Part shown: one piece after another, positions 19,967 through 30,045 of the stretch
How the letters are laid out: the number at the start of each line of letters is the position of its first letter
Numbering within the stretch: the first letter of the stretch is position 1
From: an uncultured Candidatus Micrarchaeota archaeon
Lineage (GTDB): Archaea > Micrarchaeota > Micrarchaeia > Anstonellales > Bilamarchaeaceae
Direction: 5' to 3'
Assembly: GCA_903835385.1 (NCBI GenBank)
Contig: CAILMQ010000013.1
Coordinates: 2,687-66,686, forward strand
DNA length: 64,000 nt
Position numbers and translations under genes: made by a program
The notes under the pieces: generated by a model
Databases searched by the model: none
Told to the model about the DNA's origin: nothing
The model's input: the letters and a program-made list of their open reading frames with translations, nothing else

Positions 19967-21175
19967 TCACCTGGTTTTATACCTTAGGAACGCCCCGATT
20001 CCGCCGAACCCGGCCAGGAATTGCGCGCCTTCGGTGGTGTTCGTGGACACTATCTCTACCGGGATGTTGTTCCCCTTGGCAAGGTCCGCGAGCTCGTCCA
20101 CGAGCGACTCCTCTCCTTTCAGGCGCATGGAGGCGTTGCATTTCGGGCACGGGATGCGCTCCTCAGGCTTGTCGCGCGTCACGCGGAAATCCTCGCTTGC
20201 GCAGCTCGGGCACAGGTAGCTCGCCTTCTTGTGGGGCAGGCCTTCGGAAAGCAGCACCTTTTCCGCCTGCTTTGACATTATGGCCTCTCGCACCGGCTTC
20301 TCGCCGTAGGTGGCGAGGCCTTCGGACACTACCTCCTTCATGAACGAGTCCACGAGCTTCTTCTCCTTTATGGCCTCCTGCTCCTCCAGCAGCGATTCGC
20401 TCTTGGCGAGCACCTCGCGTATGCCGTACTCGTCGGTGTAGCCCGTGTCCACGGGGCCGAGTATCTTGTGCTGGTAGTTGAACGGCGACATCTTCAGGAA
20501 GTTGTCCTTGGTAGGGCCCGGCCCCCCTACGAGGATGGCCTTGGTCCTGCCGAGGAAGTGATTGTCCATGGCCTCGCCCACGCGGACGTAATACTTCTCT
20601 ATGGACTCCTCTATGAGCCGCTGGTAGCGCCTCGCCGACTGCCCTCCCTTCCTGATTTTCTGGTGCGCCGTGGAGTTCATCTTCTTGACTATGTGTATCT
20701 CCGTGCCCCGTATCAGGGCCAGTGTCGCCTCCCTGCCGTCCATCACCACCACGCCGTAGGAGTCCGTGACCTCCACCATGCGCTGTAGCGGCTCCAGGAA
20801 GAAACGGGAATCGCACCTGTAGATTCCGACCTGTAGCTGCTGCGGCGGTTCCAGTGAGAATATCTCTATGTCCGTCTTGGCCGGGTTGTCGGATATGTTG
20901 CCGCAGAACACCGCGATGCCGTTGGCAGGCGCCTTCTTGAAAAGCTTCAGGTGGCCCATTATCCTCTCGAGCGCGCCCATGACGTTCGTGCGCGTGGATT
21001 TTGATTTGATGTTGGACGCCTGGGACAATTCCTCGCGGAGCTTGTTGCCCATCTCGTGCACCGGCGAGCCCGCGGGTATGTACACCGATATGAGCTCGGT
21101 GCCGCTGCCCTTGTACTCGCCCAGCTTCCTTAGCGTCTTCTTGAGGGTATAGACCCTTTCGCTGTCAATCGCCAT
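19967..21175 (-). CDS. prf1: peptide chain release factor aRF1
   Basis: NIKS motif (NIKSKSTR), GGQ motif (KIRKGGQSARRYQR), and a Zn-ribbon insertion in domain 3 (CPSC...CPKC). Confidence 0.9.
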   Translation of the reverse strand: MAIDSERVYTLKKTLRKLGEYKGSGTELISVYIPAGSPVHEMGNKLREELSQASNIKSKSTRTNVMGALERIMGHLKLFKKAPANGIAVFCGNISDNPAKTDIEIFSLEPPQQLQVGIYRCDSRFFLEPLQRMVEVTDSYGVVVMDGREATLALIRGTEIHIVKKMNSTAHQKIRKGGQSARRYQRLIEESIEKYYVRVGEAMDNHFLGRTKAILVGGPGPTKDNFLKMSPFNYQHKILGPVDTGYTDEYGIREVLAKSESLLEEQEAIKEKKLVDSFMKEVVSEGLATYGEKPVREAIMSKQAEKVLLSEGLPHKKASYLCPSCASEDFRVTRDKPEERIPCPKCNASMRLKGEESLVDELADLAKGNNIPVEIVSTNTTEGAQFLAGFGGIGAFLRYKTR

Positions 21176-21179
21176 GTGT

Positions 21180-21740
21180 TCAGCCCACTACCTCTACCCT
21201 GCCGTCAGCGAGGAAATATTTCATGCCCACTATTTTCAGCTTCCCCTCGGACTCCAGGCGCTTCACGATTTCGCTTTTCCTTCTTATCTCCCTTATTACC
21301 GCCTTTATGTTCGCAGTGGCGGACTTTTCTATGTCCCCTGCGCCCCGCTTCACCGGGCCGCGCAGCTTTTTCATTATGGCTGCGATGTTCGGCGGGCACT
21401 CGCCTCCCTTGCAGGCGGCCGTAACCGCCCCGCACTTTTCATGGCCCATGACGACAAGCAGGGGCGTGTGGAGGTGTTCTGTGCCGTATTCTATGCTGCC
21501 AAGGGTTATTTTGTCCATGACGTTGCCTGCGTTCCTGACCACGAAAACGTCGCCTATGCCCTGGTCGAAGATGAACTCCGGAGACACCCGCGAGTCCGAG
21601 CAGGTGACGACGCTCACGAACGGCGCCTGGCTGTCCCTGGTCTCGTTGCGCCTGGCCTTCACGTCCTTAGGGGCCAGGGTCCCTTCGGTGAATCTCTTGT
21701 TGCCCTCCATCAATCTTTCTAGCTCTCCCATCCGTTTCAC
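21180..21740 (-). CDS. beta-class carbonic anhydrase
   Basis: CSDSRV ... HEKCG zinc-ligand pattern. 186 aa. Confidence 0.8.
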   Translation of the reverse strand: MKRMGELERLMEGNKRFTEGTLAPKDVKARRNETRDSQAPFVSVVTCSDSRVSPEFIFDQGIGDVFVVRNAGNVMDKITLGSIEYGTEHLHTPLLVVMGHEKCGAVTAACKGGECPPNIAAIMKKLRGPVKRGAGDIEKSATANIKAVIREIRRKSEIVKRLESEGKLKIVGMKYFLADGRVEVVG

Positions 21741-21854
21741 CTTATGAATATTGGAGCGTCAATTCGCATCTTTCTATTGACCCGCCACCTTTTATTAATA
21801 TTATGCCGGATAAGCTTATCCGTCATAAAGTATCTTTCTTCAAGGTAAACCATC

Positions 21855-23609
21855 ATGTGCGGCATCATCGGCTATGTAGGCAGCAGGAAGGCGTCCGAGG
21901 TCATAACCGAAGGTCTCAAAAGGCTCGAGTACCGCGGCTACGATTCGGTTGGCATAGCCGTAGCGCAGGGCAATTCCATAGACCTGCGCAAGGACAAGGG
22001 CATGGTCAACCCAGTCGCCGAGTCCATGCGGTTTCTGGACGTCTCGGGTACGCTCGCCTTAGGTCATGTTCGATGGGCAACTCATGGGGTCCCGTGCAAG
22101 GAGAATGCCCATCCGTTCATTGACTGCACCAGGACAATCGTCCTCGCCCACAACGGCGTAATAGAGAACTATTCGGAGCTTAAGGACGAGCTGAAGAAAG
22201 CCGGCCACAGGTTCAGCTCGGAAACCGATTCCGAAGTCGTGGTCCACCTGGTCGAGGAGGAGCGGAAGAAGATGCCTCCGCTGAAGGCGTTCATGGCCGC
22301 GGTCAGGAAGCTCAAAGGCTCGTACGCGCTGCTCTGCACCGTTGCCGATGGCGCGGAAACGCTTTACTGCGCGAGACGCAACAGCCCCCTGGTTCTCGGT
22401 GTCGGGAAGGGGGAAATGTTCGCCGCCTCGGACATCCCGGCAATGCTCGCATATACGAAAACGTTCGTGCCGCTCGAGGAGGGCGATATCGCGGTCCTGT
22501 CCAGGAACGGCTACAAGGTCTACGACGCCAACGGAAAGGAGGCGGTCCGCAAATCCATCACCGTGGAATGGAGCCTGGACATGGCCGAGAAGGGCGGTTA
22601 TCCGCATTTCATGCTCAAGGAGATAAACGACCAGAAGCACTTTGTCCACGAGAGCCTTGCCGCGGACGTCACGAACGCCCGGGCGATGGTCGCGGGCCAC
22701 GAAGCCATCGACATCATCGCCTGCGGCACGTCCTACCACGCCGGCACGATTCTCAAGATACTGCTTTCACGCGAGCTCGGGAAGCGGGCCGAGGCGTTCA
22801 TCGCGTCCGAATATCCGTTCGTCGCGAACCCCGGCAAAAAAACCCTTGTCATCGCCATATCGCAATCCGGCGAGACCGCGGACACCATGCAGGCGGTGAA
22901 GTTCGCCAAAAGCAGGGGCTCGAAGGTCCTGAGCCTCACCAACGTGGTGGATTCGTCCATCACCCGCATATCGGACGAGGTCGTCTACCTGAACGCCGGG
23001 CCGGAAATCTCGGTCGCGGCGACGAAAACATTCACCTCCCAGGCGGCCGTGATATACAAGCTCGTTTCCAATCCAGGCCCTGGCCAGGAGAGGCTCGCGG
23101 CCATCCCATCGCTCATAGAAAAGGCCATGGCCCAGGAGAGCGCCATCCGCGCGGTTGCCGCGAAAATCGCGGACAAAAAGGACATATTCTTCATCGGGCG
23201 CGGCCTGAATTATCCTGTTGCCATGGAGGGCGCGCTCAAGCTCAAGGAGATATCATACCTCCACGCCGAGGCATACGCGGGCGGCGAGCTCAAGCACGGC
23301 CCGCTGAGCCTGATTGAGAAGGGAGTCCCGGTCATCGCCGTCGCGCCAAAGGACGAGTCCCTGCCCAAGCTCTTCGGCAACATCAAGGAGGTCAAGGCAA
23401 GGGGCGCATACGTGGTGGCGCTCACGGATGACGAGGCGGTGCGCAACGAGGCGGACGTCTCCATCCCGCTCCCGCCCGCGGCGGACGCAACGCTCTATCC
23501 GTTCCCGGAGATAATCATTCTCCAGCTGCTCGCTTATCATGTTTCGGTGCTCCGCGGCATAAACCCGGACAGGCCGAGGAACCTGGCCAAGAGCGTTACC
23601 GTGGAATAA
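21855..23609 (+). CDS. glmS: glutamine--fructose-6-phosphate aminotransferase
   Basis: N-terminal MCGIIGYVG (Ntn Cys) and two SIS domains. 584 aa. Confidence 0.9.
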   Translation: MCGIIGYVGSRKASEVITEGLKRLEYRGYDSVGIAVAQGNSIDLRKDKGMVNPVAESMRFLDVSGTLALGHVRWATHGVPCKENAHPFIDCTRTIVLAHNGVIENYSELKDELKKAGHRFSSETDSEVVVHLVEEERKKMPPLKAFMAAVRKLKGSYALLCTVADGAETLYCARRNSPLVLGVGKGEMFAASDIPAMLAYTKTFVPLEEGDIAVLSRNGYKVYDANGKEAVRKSITVEWSLDMAEKGGYPHFMLKEINDQKHFVHESLAADVTNARAMVAGHEAIDIIACGTSYHAGTILKILLSRELGKRAEAFIASEYPFVANPGKKTLVIAISQSGETADTMQAVKFAKSRGSKVLSLTNVVDSSITRISDEVVYLNAGPEISVAATKTFTSQAAVIYKLVSNPGPGQERLAAIPSLIEKAMAQESAIRAVAAKIADKKDIFFIGRGLNYPVAMEGALKLKEISYLHAEAYAGGELKHGPLSLIEKGVPVIAVAPKDESLPKLFGNIKEVKARGAYVVALTDDEAVRNEADVSIPLPPAADATLYPFPEIIILQLLAYHVSVLRGINPDRPRNLAKSVTVE

Positions 23610-24641
23610 TCAGGCTGCGGCTTTCAGAAATCCCTTTACATCCAATGTTCCGGCGCTGAGCATCATGGAAAGCTGCGTTTCGGCGCCTCTCTCGTCCCCG
23701 AGCGCCTCTTTCAGCCCATCGAGAGCATCTGCAGCCCCTTTTGCAAGCCTGTCCGCAAGCTTCAGGTTCCCATAACGCAGCGCGGCGCAAATAATGGCCT
23801 CCGCATTATCCCTGGCGGCCTTGTCAGCATGGCTTTGGAGCGCGTCCAGCTTTACCCTGGCTCCTTTTGCGAGCACGCCCGCAAGCTCCAGATCCCCGGA
23901 ACGCAGCGCGGCGCAAACAATGGTTTTCGCATACTTCCTGACGATTTCGTCGGCATGGCTTTCGAGCATGCCCAGTTTTGCCTTCGCCCCTTCTGCAAGC
24001 GCGTCCGCGAGCTCCAGATTCCCGGCATGCAGCGCGGCATAAACGATTGTCCTTGCATGGTCCCTGACGACCTTGTCAGCATGGCTTTCAAGCGTGCCCA
24101 GCTTGGTCTGGATGTCGAAAACCGAGACCTTGCACAGGTTGTTCGCCGGCCGCGCGAATTTCGCTTCCATGTGCAATTCCAGCTCGGCCATCAGGTGCCC
24201 GGCGAGATGGGGCAGGGTCGTCCTGAGCTCCCTGTCCACCCGTTCGGGCTGCCTGCCGCGCCCGTCCCGGTAGTGCACCGCGATGAGGCGGGAAAAACTG
24301 AGCGCCAGCTCGTCGAACCTCTCCCAGTGTCCGGCGTCCTTCGCTTTAACGCCGTCGCAGAGCATCCTCTTCACTTCATCAGCGAAAAACGCCCTCCCTG
24401 CCTCCAGGCCCCCTTTCGCTATCGGCTTCCCCCTGAGGCGCAGGAGGGATTCCGCGCATATCAGCCGGGCATTGGCCCTGCCGCCGCTCTTCCGGTAGGC
24501 AGCAACCTCCTCTACAGCGGGCTCGTGCAGCCTGAGCACGCGGTGCGCCCTCATTGCGGACTGGGCGTGCCTGTCCCCGGACGCCGCGTGCAATGCCGTG
24601 ACCAGTGACGCTCGTGCCTTTGCAAGTGCCATTTCTTTCAT
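23610..24641 (-). CDS. HEAT (PBS-lyase-type) repeat protein, paralog A
   Basis: Repeated ...KYAKTIVCAALRSGDLELAGVLAKGA... units. The N-terminal ~190-aa domain is shared with the adjacent paralog. Confidence 0.7.
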   Translation of the reverse strand: MKEMALAKARASLVTALHAASGDRHAQSAMRAHRVLRLHEPAVEEVAAYRKSGGRANARLICAESLLRLRGKPIAKGGLEAGRAFFADEVKRMLCDGVKAKDAGHWERFDELALSFSRLIAVHYRDGRGRQPERVDRELRTTLPHLAGHLMAELELHMEAKFARPANNLCKVSVFDIQTKLGTLESHADKVVRDHARTIVYAALHAGNLELADALAEGAKAKLGMLESHADEIVRKYAKTIVCAALRSGDLELAGVLAKGARVKLDALQSHADKAARDNAEAIICAALRYGNLKLADRLAKGAADALDGLKEALGDERGAETQLSMMLSAGTLDVKGFLKAAA

Positions 24642-24645
24642 CCTC

Positions 24646-25926
24646 TCATGCGGCCTTTTTCAGGCGCGCGTCGACATCCAAGGTCCCGGCCGCGAGCATC
24701 TCGGAAAGGATTTTTTTGGCGCCCGGGCGCTTTCCCAGCCGCATTTTTATTTCATCAAAAACGTTTGCGGCTCCTTTTGCAAGCCTGTCCGCCAGCTTCA
24801 GGTTCCCCTTGTCCAGCGCGGTACAAACAATCGTCCTCGCATTCTTCCTCACGACCGCGTCGGCATGCCCCCTGAGCATCTCCAGCTTGGCGTTCGCCCC
24901 GTCTGCAAGCCTGTCCGCAACCCCCAGGTTGCCCTTGTTCAGCGCGGCATTGATGATTGTCCTCGCATACTTCCTGACGACCGCATCGGCATGTTTCCGG
25001 AGCGTTTCCAGCTTTTCATTCGCACCTGCAGCGAGCCTGTCCACGAGCGCCAGGTTCCCGGAACGCAGCCCGGTACTGGCAATGGTCCTCGCATTCTTCC
25101 TCACAATTGCGTCGCGATGCCTCTTGAGCATCCTCAGCTTTGCATCCGCGCCGGCAGCCAGCCTGTCCGCAAGTTCCAGGTTTCCCCTTAGCAGTGCGGT
25201 ATGAACAATGGTCCTCGCATTCTTCCTCACAATTGCGTCGCGATGCCTCTTGAGCATCCTCAGCTTTGCATCCGCGCCGCCAGCCAGCCCGTCCACAAGC
25301 CCCAGGTTCCCGCAATGCACCGCGGCATTGATGATTGTCTTCACATTGGCTTTCACGACTTTGTCGGCATGGTTCCTGAGCGCTTGCAGCTTGGCGCTGA
25401 TTTCGAAAACCGAAAATTTGCATACGATTTTTGCCGGTTTTGCGAATTTCGCCTCCATGCACAGTTCCAGCTCGGCCAGCAGGTGACTGGCCAGGCGAGG
25501 CAGAATCATTTCAAGACTTTCCCCTATCCTGTCCGGCTGCATGCCCTTCCCATCAACGTAATATACGGCAACGAGGCGGGAAAAATTCGATGCGATCTCG
25601 TCGAATTCTTTACTTTGCCTTTCGCCCTTCAGGCTGACGCTGCCGCAAAGCCGCGCCTTCACTTTCTCCTGGAAATCCGCCCTGCTTGTTTCCAGGGTAC
25701 CTCTCGGCATCAGTTTCCCCCTAAGGCGCATGAGGGATTCTGCGGATTTCAGGGCAGCCTGTGCCATGACGCTGCCGCCGTTCCTCCTGTAGGCGCTCGC
25801 CTCCTCAACCGTCGGTTCGTGGAGCCTGAGCCAGCGATGCGCCCCTTTCGCGGCTAGCGCGGCCCTGTCTCCTGACGCCGTGCGCAGTGTTGCGAGCAAT
25901 GATGTTCGTGCCTCTACAAGTGCCAT
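24646..25926 (-). CDS. HEAT (PBS-lyase-type) repeat protein, paralog B (expanded repeat array)
   Basis: Homologous N-domain followed by at least five 42-aa repeat units. Two of them are nearly identical at the DNA level. Confidence 0.7.
   Translation of the reverse strand: MALVEARTSLLATLRTASGDRAALAAKGAHRWLRLHEPTVEEASAYRRNGGSVMAQAALKSAESLMRLRGKLMPRGTLETSRADFQEKVKARLCGSVSLKGERQSKEFDEIASNFSRLVAVYYVDGKGMQPDRIGESLEMILPRLASHLLAELELCMEAKFAKPAKIVCKFSVFEISAKLQALRNHADKVVKANVKTIINAAVHCGNLGLVDGLAGGADAKLRMLKRHRDAIVRKNARTIVHTALLRGNLELADRLAAGADAKLRMLKRHRDAIVRKNARTIASTGLRSGNLALVDRLAAGANEKLETLRKHADAVVRKYARTIINAALNKGNLGVADRLADGANAKLEMLRGHADAVVRKNARTIVCTALDKGNLKLADRLAKGAANVFDEIKMRLGKRPGAKKILSEMLAAGTLDVDARLKKAA
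25080..25340. repeat. two near-identical 126-bp tandem coding repeats inside HEAT paralog B
   Basis: ggtcctcgcattcttcctcacaattgcgtcgcgatgcctcttgagcatcctcagctttgcatccgcgcc... recurs with a 126-bp period. Confidence 0.7.
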
Positions 25927-25973
25927 GCAGTATTCACACTAATATACTAATTAAAACAATTTAAAAACAAGCA

Positions 25974-27650
25974 TTATTTCTTCTTTCCCAGCACTTTCGT
26001 GAACAGGAGCCACACTGCCGCGAGCAGCACGATCGCCCCGCCTGCGAGCACGAGAGGGCTGGTGCCCTTGGAGCTGATATTAAAGGTCATGGAGTAGTCA
26101 TTGTATCCCATTTTTTTGATTGCCAGCGTGTGGGTGCCTGCCTGGGCCATGGTGACATTCACCGACTCCCCTGCCGCGAAATAGCTCTTCCCGTCAACAA
26201 CCGCCGTGAAGCGCTTCACCGGAGAGCCGTCAATGCCGTCATAAGCCTGTATGGCGAGAACGTCCCCCTCGAGGCCGGTGCCGGATGTAACGGGCACGAA
26301 GTCCGACAGGTTCGTGGTGGGGTCGCGGGACACCGCGATCTCGGTGAACTTGCCGCTTTCCTGCCCCCCGGAGTCGGACACCATGCACGATATGGTGTTC
26401 AGCCCGGAGGCCATATTGACCGCAGGGTTGAGATAATATGCCCAGGAACCGTCCTGGGTGACATTCGCGGACTGCCAGTCGCCTTCGTTCACGCGCACGA
26501 GCACGGTCGGCGCGCCGGCCAGGGAAACCGAGTTCCCTGCGATTTCGACCTCCTTGTAGCCCACCACCCCCCCTTCCACGGGCGAGGTTATGGAGCACGC
26601 TCTTTCAGTCGAAAATGAATATATTCCCTTGTCGGCAGAGCCGAAAATCACATGGTCCTGGTAGTACAGGGGGTCGGCGACCCACCCCTCCACGGTGCCC
26701 ATCCAGATGACATCCCCGGTCTGGGTCTCTATGGCGTATATGCTGTTTGCGATGCTGCCCACGAAAATGACATCCTCGCCGCCCATTTTCCCGGCCTCGG
26801 GCCGCGTTTCGATTGCGAGGGGGGTCTTCGTCTTCCACAGCACGCTTCCGTCCGTCTGGTCCAATGCGTAGACGTTGCCGTCATTGCTTCCGAAGTACAC
26901 CGTGCCGCCGTTTACGAGCGGAGTGGACAATACCCAGTTGCCGGTATCCAATGTCCACTTGTCTATGCCTCCGGTGAAAGTGAGCGCGTGCATATGGTTG
27001 TCCAGGCCGCCCACATAAACCGTTTGCCCGTCCACCACGGGCCTGGAGTTCCACACCCCGCCGAACGGGTGTTTCCATTCGACCGCGCCGGCCTCGCTTG
27101 CCTTCACCAAGTTGCTTCCCTCGTTGAATATTACTGTGTTGCCAGAAGCGGCTGGAGAGCCGCTGACCTGGGACGACGGGTAGATGTTGGTGACATTTCC
27201 GGCCGAGCCTATGGCAAACACGCCCCTGTCCGTTGTCAGGAAAATCTTGGTTGCCGTGGCGTCGATGCCGTATATGTAGGTCACGTTCTGCGTGGCGGCG
27301 AGGTCGAACTGCTTCTCGGCCACGCCGGTCGTTCCGAGCATGACGACCTTGCCGTTGGTGGTCGCGGCCACGAGCTTGTTCTGGGACAGGACGGGCTGGA
27401 GCGGCACGCCTGCAATGGCCGCACGCCAGGTGACGACCCCGGTGTCCGGCTTAAGCAGGAAAATCTCGCCGGCGGAAGTTGCTACCGCCACGCCGCTGGA
27501 GAATACGACCGGCTTGGCCGTGATCTCCCCGCTGGTGGCGACGCGCCATACCTGCGATGCGGAAACGAGCGATGAGAAAACGAGGAGGAAAGCCAGCAGG
27601 CAGAGTGACGGTCTCATGCTTCTACACCCTGAGCAGCGAGTCATGCGCAC
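25974..27650 (-). CDS. secreted PQQ-like beta-propeller repeat protein with C-terminal TM anchor
   Basis: Signal peptide, repeated ...G.VYAL/VYFGS.DG.. blades, and a C-terminal hydrophobic segment followed by KKK. The true start is probably MRPSLCLLAF. Confidence 0.7.
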   Translation of the reverse strand: MRMTRCSGCRSMRPSLCLLAFLLVFSSLVSASQVWRVATSGEITAKPVVFSSGVAVATSAGEIFLLKPDTGVVTWRAAIAGVPLQPVLSQNKLVAATTNGKVVMLGTTGVAEKQFDLAATQNVTYIYGIDATATKIFLTTDRGVFAIGSAGNVTNIYPSSQVSGSPAASGNTVIFNEGSNLVKASEAGAVEWKHPFGGVWNSRPVVDGQTVYVGGLDNHMHALTFTGGIDKWTLDTGNWVLSTPLVNGGTVYFGSNDGNVYALDQTDGSVLWKTKTPLAIETRPEAGKMGGEDVIFVGSIANSIYAIETQTGDVIWMGTVEGWVADPLYYQDHVIFGSADKGIYSFSTERACSITSPVEGGVVGYKEVEIAGNSVSLAGAPTVLVRVNEGDWQSANVTQDGSWAYYLNPAVNMASGLNTISCMVSDSGGQESGKFTEIAVSRDPTTNLSDFVPVTSGTGLEGDVLAIQAYDGIDGSPVKRFTAVVDGKSYFAAGESVNVTMAQAGTHTLAIKKMGYNDYSMTFNISSKGTSPLVLAGGAIVLLAAVWLLFTKVLGKKK

Positions 27651-28101
27651 CGGAATTTATCTCGCGCAGCACTATCTTGGGGGGTTTGCCTTCTATCGTG
27701 ACTCCAAGGCTCTGGCAGCTTCCCACCACTTCCTTGAGCGTGTCCTTGAGCGACTTTCCCAGCGAATTGCTCTTTGCCTTAGATATCCTGATGAGCTTTT
27801 CCAGGCTGATGTTGCCGGCCGGGGCCTCCCTGGTGCCTGCGCCCTTCTCTATGCCGGCCTCCTTCTTTATCAGTTCGGCCGTGGGCGGGGTTCCGACCTC
27901 CACCCTGTATTCCTTCTTCACGGTGTCCACCACGACCTTCACCGGGACCTTCATGCCGGAGAAGTCCTTTGTGGCGTTGTTTATGTCCGCCACCACCTTG
28001 CCCGCGTTTATCCCGAGGGGGCCCAGCGCCGGCCCGAGCGGCGGGCCCGCGGTCGCCTTGCCGCCGTCCACTATGACATCTATTGTTTTTTCCATGAGCA
28101 T
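27622..28101 (-). CDS. rpl11: 50S ribosomal protein L11 (uL11)
   Basis: GPPLGPALGPLGIN signature. 159 aa. Confidence 0.9.
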   Translation of the reverse strand: MLMEKTIDVIVDGGKATAGPPLGPALGPLGINAGKVVADINNATKDFSGMKVPVKVVVDTVKKEYRVEVGTPPTAELIKKEAGIEKGAGTREAPAGNISLEKLIRISKAKSNSLGKSLKDTLKEVVGSCQSLGVTIEGKPPKIVLREINSGAHDSLLRV

Positions 28102-28114
28102 ACGCCTCCTTTCT

Positions 28115-28441
28115 TCACTGGCTCAGCATCTTGCCGAGCTCCTCCAGCTGCTTTTCCGCGACTTCCCTGTTGAACTCCACCATCTCGAGCTTGAGCCTCT
28201 CGCCCTCGATTATGGCATCCATCTCCGCAAGCCGCGCCTTCAGGACGTTCTTCCTGTATTCGTTCTTCTCGTCCTTGAGCTCCACTTTCTCCACAACGTC
28301 GCGGTCCGCCTTTATCCTTTCCACGGTGCGCTCCACTAGCTTCTTGTTCACGGCGAGCTGCCTGAGCATGATTTTCGCCTGCTTCTCCCTGAACTCGAGC
28401 TGTTCCCTCATCGTCTTTTTCTGTTCGTCGGTCTGTTCCAT
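28115..28441 (-). CDS. small coiled-coil protein (charged, K/E-rich)
   Basis: 108-aa ORF immediately upstream of rpl11. Not an Spt5/NusG. Composition suggests a coiled coil. Confidence 0.4.
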   Translation of the reverse strand: MEQTDEQKKTMREQLEFREKQAKIMLRQLAVNKKLVERTVERIKADRDVVEKVELKDEKNEYRKNVLKARLAEMDAIIEGERLKLEMVEFNREVAEKQLEELGKMLSQ

Positions 28442-28519
28442 CGGTATCTACCCTGTACGTCAGTGATGGGATATTCATCAGAAAAAGTTATAAACATGCT
28501 GCGCGAGCGCCGCCAGTCC

Positions 28520-29212
28520 CTAGCCCCACCCTTCTAGGTACACCCTCTTCTGGTCGGCCCCCAGGCCTATCACGCACTCCCTCAGTGCGGTTGCCATTGC
28601 CATAGGGCCGCAGATGAACCAGTCGTAGTCCTCCGGGGCGGCCACGAACTCGTGCAGCAGCGCGTCTCCGATGCGGCCGCATCTGCCCGCCCATCCGGCC
28701 GGTTCCTCCCTGGTGAGCGTGAAGACCACCCTAAGGCAGGGGTTCCTTTTGGCGAGCCGCAGCAGCTCGTCATGGTAAAGCAGGGATTTCCTGTCCCTGG
28801 CGGAATAGAAGACCAGAAAGCTGCCCTTCCTGTTCTTTTGCGCGATGTCCCGCACCAGGGACATCACCGGCGCTATGCCCGTGCCTCCGCACACGAACGC
28901 CCATTTGCCACCTTCATGGGGAATCACGCCCATGGGCCCTTCTATGCCGACCACGGCGCCCTTTTTCAGCAGCGCGAGCCCGGATGTGAACCTTCCGCCC
29001 ACCATTTTTATGCAGAACTCCAGCTGCGGCGAATCCGGCGCGGATGCGATGGAGTAGGGCCGCTTGTCCAGGGATTCGCCCTTTTCGTCCAGCAGGTGCA
29101 TCATGGCGAACTGGCCCGGCCTGTGGACGAGTTTCCCGCCCAGGGGCTCCATGGCGAATATCCATATGCCGTTCGCAGCCTCGCTGATATCGGCTATCCT
29201 GTATTTCAGCAT
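28520..29212 (-). CDS. FAD/NAD(P)-binding oxidoreductase of the ferredoxin-NADP reductase family (no Fe-S domain)
   Basis: RPYSIAS (FAD), GGTGIAP (NAD) and CGP motifs. Confidence 0.7.
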   Translation of the reverse strand: MLKYRIADISEAANGIWIFAMEPLGGKLVHRPGQFAMMHLLDEKGESLDKRPYSIASAPDSPQLEFCIKMVGGRFTSGLALLKKGAVVGIEGPMGVIPHEGGKWAFVCGGTGIAPVMSLVRDIAQKNRKGSFLVFYSARDRKSLLYHDELLRLAKRNPCLRVVFTLTREEPAGWAGRCGRIGDALLHEFVAAPEDYDWFICGPMAMATALRECVIGLGADQKRVYLEGWG

Positions 29213-29223
29213 CGCAGCATACT

Positions 29224-30000
29224 TTGCTCAATAAATTTATAAACCGGAACTCCGATATGCGTAACATGACAGAGCTTTCGCGCGCGATACAATACTCATT
29301 CGAGTTCTACACCAAGCGCCTCGGAATCATCGTGCTTTTTTCCATACCGTTCCTGCTCGCGTTCGTGATGCTCTCGCTCGTTTCCGCTCCGACCTACCAG
29401 GCGCTGGGCGGGCTTTTCAGCAGGACCGGCTCCATCCCGGAACTCACGCCCCTTGACATCGCCATCATAGCAATCGCCTACATCGTCTCGTTCTTCATAA
29501 TCGCGGACGCGGTGACGAACGTCAACCTCATAATCCGTTCCCAGCGCACGCTCACCATAGCGTCCAGGGAAGTGGTTGCGGCGGCGGGCAAGTATGCGAT
29601 ACGCATATTCTACATATACACAATCATGCTGCTCCTGATATTCATCGCGCAGCTGCTGCTGTATGGCAACCCGCTCAGCGCCTGGCTGTTCCCGCTCTTC
29701 CTGCTTGTCCTCTCCTCGTTGCTGTTCTTCATAGCGCCGGCGATCGTGATAGACGAGGAGGACAGCGCAGGGGCGATTCGCAAGTCCGTGGCAATGGCCA
29801 TGCGGAAGCCGGTGTTCATCCTGGCATGGGCGATAATCGGGCTCGTGGCGCTCTCTGTCCCGAAAATTGTTTTCGACATCATCCTGCCCCACTGGCTCTC
29901 GCCATACCTGGTTTTCCTGGTGAATTCGCTGTTCGTGCTTCCCTTCCTCCTTGTCCTCCAGACGCAGATGTACATGGAGAAGTACCCGCTGGCGAAGTAA
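29224..30000 (+). CDS. polytopic membrane protein, unknown function
   Basis: At least six hydrophobic helices. Start possibly at MRNMTEL (about 29257). Confidence 0.5.
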   Translation: MLNKFINRNSDMRNMTELSRAIQYSFEFYTKRLGIIVLFSIPFLLAFVMLSLVSAPTYQALGGLFSRTGSIPELTPLDIAIIAIAYIVSFFIIADAVTNVNLIIRSQRTLTIASREVVAAAGKYAIRIFYIYTIMLLLIFIAQLLLYGNPLSAWLFPLFLLVLSSLLFFIAPAIVIDEEDSAGAIRKSVAMAMRKPVFILAWAIIGLVALSVPKIVFDIILPHWLSPYLVFLVNSLFVLPFLLVLQTQMYMEKYPLAK

Positions 30001-30045
30001 TCTCTTTTGCTGGCACGAACGATATTATTAACTTAACGTTAAGTA

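Noticed and set aside
25080-25340. Possible CRISPR array suggested by the near-identical 126-bp direct repeats
   Set aside because: The repeats are in-frame coding repeats of a HEAT-repeat gene with no spacers. The hairpin repeats at 39594-39822 are irregularly spaced with no spacer-like unique segments. No cas genes are present in the window.
28115-28441. Prefoldin beta or Spt5 identity for the coiled-coil gene upstream of rpl11
   Set aside because: No KOW or NGN motifs and no beta-hairpin linker typical of prefoldin. Left as a generic coiled-coil protein.
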